From Acidimicrobiia bacterium (lineage in GTDB: Bacteria; Actinomycetota; Acidimicrobiia; Acidimicrobiales; Bin134), in contig JAJEGM010000028.1 of NCBI GenBank assembly GCA_022819825.1, positions 1,838 to 65,837 of the forward strand: a stretch of DNA of 64,000 bases, given 5' to 3'. The notes beneath the pieces are model-generated. The model saw only the letters and a program-made list of their open reading frames with translations, was not told the origin of the DNA and made no database searches. A program made the translations under genes and the position numbers. This document shows, in pieces, positions 61,488 to 64,000 of the stretch. The first letter of the stretch is position 1; every line of letters starts with the position of its first letter.

Positions 61488-64000
61488 ATGACTGCCTGGG
61501 TGGAGCTTCGCACCAAGAGCTTCTACTCCTTCGGGGAGGGGGCGTCGCATGTCCACGAGCTGCTGGCGCAGGCCAAGCAGTTCGGCTATCCGGCGCTGGC
61601 CCTGACCGACACCAACCTGTGCGGCGCGCTGGAGTTCGCCCGGCTGGCCAAGAGCCTGGGCACCCAGCCCATCACCGGCGCAGAGCTGACGCTGACCGAC
61701 GGCTCGAGGATTGCCCTGCTGGCGAAGACACGGGCGGGATACTCCAACATCTCGCGCCTGTTCACCCTGGCCAATGCCTGCGACCGCCGGGATCCCAAGC
61801 TCGACCCCTCCCACCTGCCCGATCACTGCGAAGGCGTGGTTCTGCTGACCGGCGGGCGCGACGGGCTGCTCTCGCGGTTGGCGACCGACGACCGCGCCAG
61901 CGAGGCCCACGGCCTGCTGAAGCGATACTTCGACTGGTACGAGCCCGGCTCGGTGTATGTCGAGCTTCAGCAGAACTTCTTGCCCGGCGACACCGGCCGC
62001 AACCGCAAGCTGGCCGGGATCGCCGCCGAAGCCAGCGCCCAGGTCGTCGCCACCAACGACGTCCACTACCACACCCCGGACCGTGCCCGGCTCCAACACG
62101 CGCTGGTGGCCGCCAAGCTCAACACGACCATCGATCAGGCTCTGCCGCACTTGCGGCCCAACCATCATCTGCACTTGAAGCCCCCCGCGGAGATGGAGCA
62201 GCTCTTCAGCGATTGCCCGCAGGCCGTGTCCAACACTCTTCGCGTCGCCGAGCAGTGCTCCTTCGACCTCAGCACCGACCTCGGCTACGCCCTGCCCGAT
62301 GCCGCGGTGCCCTCCGGCTGCACGCCTCAGAGCTACCTGGAACAGCTCTGCCACGAGGCGGCCATCCGGCGCTACGGCGGCATCACCTCAGAGGTGGAGC
62401 AGCGCCTCGACGAGGAGTTCTGCTTGATCGAGCGCCTCAACCTCGCCGGCTTTTTGCTGCTGTACCGGCAGATCGCGCTGTTGGCCCAGCAGATCCTCGT
62501 GGAACGGGGTGCAGTCAGCCCCGAGACGCCGGTGGAGGAGAGGCCGCCGGGGCGAGGGCGCGGCTCGTCGGTCTCCCTGCTCGTCGGATACCTCATCGGC
62601 ATCAGCCACGTCGATCCCCTGAAGTGGAACCTCACCCTGGAGCGCTTCATCTCTGAGGACATGACCACGCTTCCCGACATCGACCTCGACTTCCCCCGGG
62701 AGCTGAGAGACGAGCTGATCGAGCGGGTCCACCGCCACTTCGGACCCGAGCACGCTGTTTTGGCCGGGGCCATCACCACCTACAAGATCAAGGGCATCAT
62801 CCAAGCCCTGGGCAAGGCCCTGGGACTGCCCCAAGAGCGCCTCGGGCTGCTGTCGAAGCGGCTGCACTCCCGCCACGCCGCCGACCTCCGCAGTGAGATG
62901 ACCCAGATGGCGGACTTCAAAGACAAGGTGGACGCTCCCCGATGGCGCGACCTGCTCGATCTCGCCCCGCAGCTCATGGGCGCTCCCCGGGGGCTGAGCC
63001 AGCACGTGGGCGGCATGGTGCTGAGCAGCTCGCCCATCTCGGAGATGGTCCCCATACGGGCCGGGGCCACCGAGGGCCGCTACATCATGGACTGGGACAA
63101 AGACAGCGTGGCCGACGCCAACTTCGCCAAGATCGACCTCCTCTCGCTACCGGTGCTCGACCAGGTTGAGGAGGCTCTCGACCTCGTGGAAGAGCGGGAG
63201 GGGCACCGGCCCGACCTGGGCCGGATCAACCTGGAGGATCCCGGTGTCTACGACATGATCAACGCCGGCCTGTGCAAGGGGGTGTTCTTGCTCCAGTCCC
63301 CCGCGCAGTTGAAGATGGCCCAGCGACTGAAGTCGCGCGACCTGCTCGACCTCGCCTATCAGGTGGCCCTCATCCGTCCCGGCGTGGGCACCCAGGGCAG
63401 CGCCGTCTCCCAGTTCGTGGAGCGCTACCGCCACGGTGCGGAGTGGGAGTACGACCACCCGCTTGAGAAGCGCGCCCTGGAGCGGGGGTACGGCATCATC
63501 GTCTGGCAGGAGCAGGTGGTGCAGCTCATCGAGGATGTGGCGGGCATGACGGCGGCCGAGGCCGACGAGGTGCGCCGCGCCTTTGCCCGGCCCAACAGCG
63601 AGCACCTGATCGACCTGTGGCGGATGAAATTCGCCGAGGGCGCCCGGCAGAACGGCGTCTCGGAAGAAGCCGCCGAGAAGATCTTCTCCAAGATCAACGG
63701 CCACTACATGTTCCCGGAGTCGCACTCCCATGCCTTTGCCGTGACCGCGTACCAGGCGGCCTGGCTCAAGCGCTACCACCCGGTGGAGTTCTTTGTGGCG
63801 CTGATGAACAACCAGCCGATGGGCTTCTACCCCATGGAGACGCTGAAGCAGGATGCCCGGCGCTTCGGGGCACGGTTTCTGAACCCGTGCGTCAACCGGA
63901 GCCGAGCGGTGTGCTCGCCAGAAGGCGGTTCGGTGCGGCTGGGGCTTCAGTTCATCACCGACGTGGGGGCGGAGTCGGCCAGGCTCATCACAGAGGAAAG
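61488..64000 (+). CDS. dnaE2: error-prone DNA polymerase III alpha subunit DnaE2 (3' end beyond the window)
   Basis: Not in the ORF track because there is no stop in the window. I translated MTAWVELRTKSFYSFGEGASHVHELL..ALALTDTNLCGALEF.. (PHP domain), ..LPDIDLDFPRE.., ..QHVGGMVLSS.. and ..FPESHSHAFAVTAYQAAWLK... Confidence 0.9.
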   Translation, partial: MTAWVELRTKSFYSFGEGASHVHELLAQAKQFGYPALALTDTNLCGALEFARLAKSLGTQPITGAELTLTDGSRIALLAKTRAGYSNISRLFTLANACDRRDPKLDPSHLPDHCEGVVLLTGGRDGLLSRLATDDRASEAHGLLKRYFDWYEPGSVYVELQQNFLPGDTGRNRKLAGIAAEASAQVVATNDVHYHTPDRARLQHALVAAKLNTTIDQALPHLRPNHHLHLKPPAEMEQLFSDCPQAVSNTLRVAEQCSFDLSTDLGYALPDAAVPSGCTPQSYLEQLCHEAAIRRYGGITSEVEQRLDEEFCLIERLNLAGFLLLYRQIALLAQQILVERGAVSPETPVEERPPGRGRGSSVSLLVGYLIGISHVDPLKWNLTLERFISEDMTTLPDIDLDFPRELRDELIERVHRHFGPEHAVLAGAITTYKIKGIIQALGKALGLPQERLGLLSKRLHSRHAADLRSEMTQMADFKDKVDAPRWRDLLDLAPQLMGAPRGLSQHVGGMVLSSSPISEMVPIRAGATEGRYIMDWDKDSVADANFAKIDLLSLPVLDQVEEALDLVEEREGHRPDLGRINLEDPGVYDMINAGLCKGVFLLQSPAQLKMAQRLKSRDLLDLAYQVALIRPGVGTQGSAVSQFVERYRHGAEWEYDHPLEKRALERGYGIIVWQEQVVQLIEDVAGMTAAEADEVRRAFARPNSEHLIDLWRMKFAEGARQNGVSEEAAEKIFSKINGHYMFPESHSHAFAVTAYQAAWLKRYHPVEFFVALMNNQPMGFYPMETLKQDARRFGARFLNPCVNRSRAVCSPEGGSVRLGLQFITDVGAESARLITEE

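Noticed and set aside
61350-63779. Several 200-340-aa ORFs on both strands within 61350-63779 (e.g. 61350-62354, 61619-62656, 63147-63779)
   Set aside because: All lie inside the dnaE2 reading frame, which is open from 61488 to the window end and contains the PHP domain and PDIDLDF motifs. The alternatives are Arg/Gly/Pro-rich.

Overview
This is a very G+C-rich, gene-dense chromosomal segment of actinobacterial type. The lineage call is an inference from gene content: an F420-type LLM oxidoreductase, an Rv2466c-like CPWC reductase, a DUF501-ppx pair, an actinobacterial-type CCA-enzyme tail and imuB-dnaE2. I support about 70 protein-coding genes and found no rRNA, tRNA, CRISPR array or transposase.

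Genes sit in long co-directional arrays with many 1-, 4- or 8-nt stop/start overlaps (ATGA, GTGA, TGATG):
- 313-7489 (-): a beta-oxidation-like array with a thiolase and two adjacent acyl-CoA dehydrogenases.
- 9250-29762 (-): 18 genes with no gap above 50 nt. They are an uncharacterised catabolic set (Rieske oxygenase, hydantoinase A/B, CoA ligase, cupins, VOC, amidohydrolase, SDR, nitrilase, crotonase), then a BMP-type ABC importer, then a quinone oxidoreductase, O-methyltransferase and amidohydrolase.
- 30970-33099 (-): a copper P-type ATPase.
- 37897-46222 (-): a CoxS-CoxM-CoxD-CoxE-XdhC-MocA-CoxG molybdo-hydroxylase maturation array with no large catalytic subunit.
- 52745-53205 (-): rpmB-rpmG.
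- 59983-64000 (+): imuB-dnaE2, running off the window.

The most interesting signal is at 53313-58312 (+). The supplied ORF track truncates a DsbA/Rv2466c-like gene. The family-like frame really starts at 54359 and carries an in-frame TGA exactly where the first Cys of the CPWC redox motif belongs, with a hairpin at SECIS distance. That makes it a candidate selenoprotein (UPWC). It is coupled by overlaps to a membrane-anchored protein, an HTTM (vitamin-K gamma-carboxylase-like) membrane protein and a prenyltransferase/terpene-cyclase-like toroid protein, with a multi-pass membrane protein 13 nt further downstream.

Other second-look items:
- An N-terminally truncated CCA-adding-enzyme gene that abuts rpmG.
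- A DUF35/thiolase gene pair split by an inverted MFS gene whose start lies in a 14-bp x3 tandem repeat.
- An acidic PEPMDDE repeat linker in a lipoprotein solute-binding protein.
- An AT-rich mosaic segment holding hicAB behind a 32-bp perfect palindrome.

Apart from HicB, I recognised no transcription factor in the window. Many long ORFs in the track are antisense artefacts of the high G+C content or N-terminal over-extensions. Starts were re-chosen where overlaps, Shine-Dalgarno sequences or family N-termini supported it.
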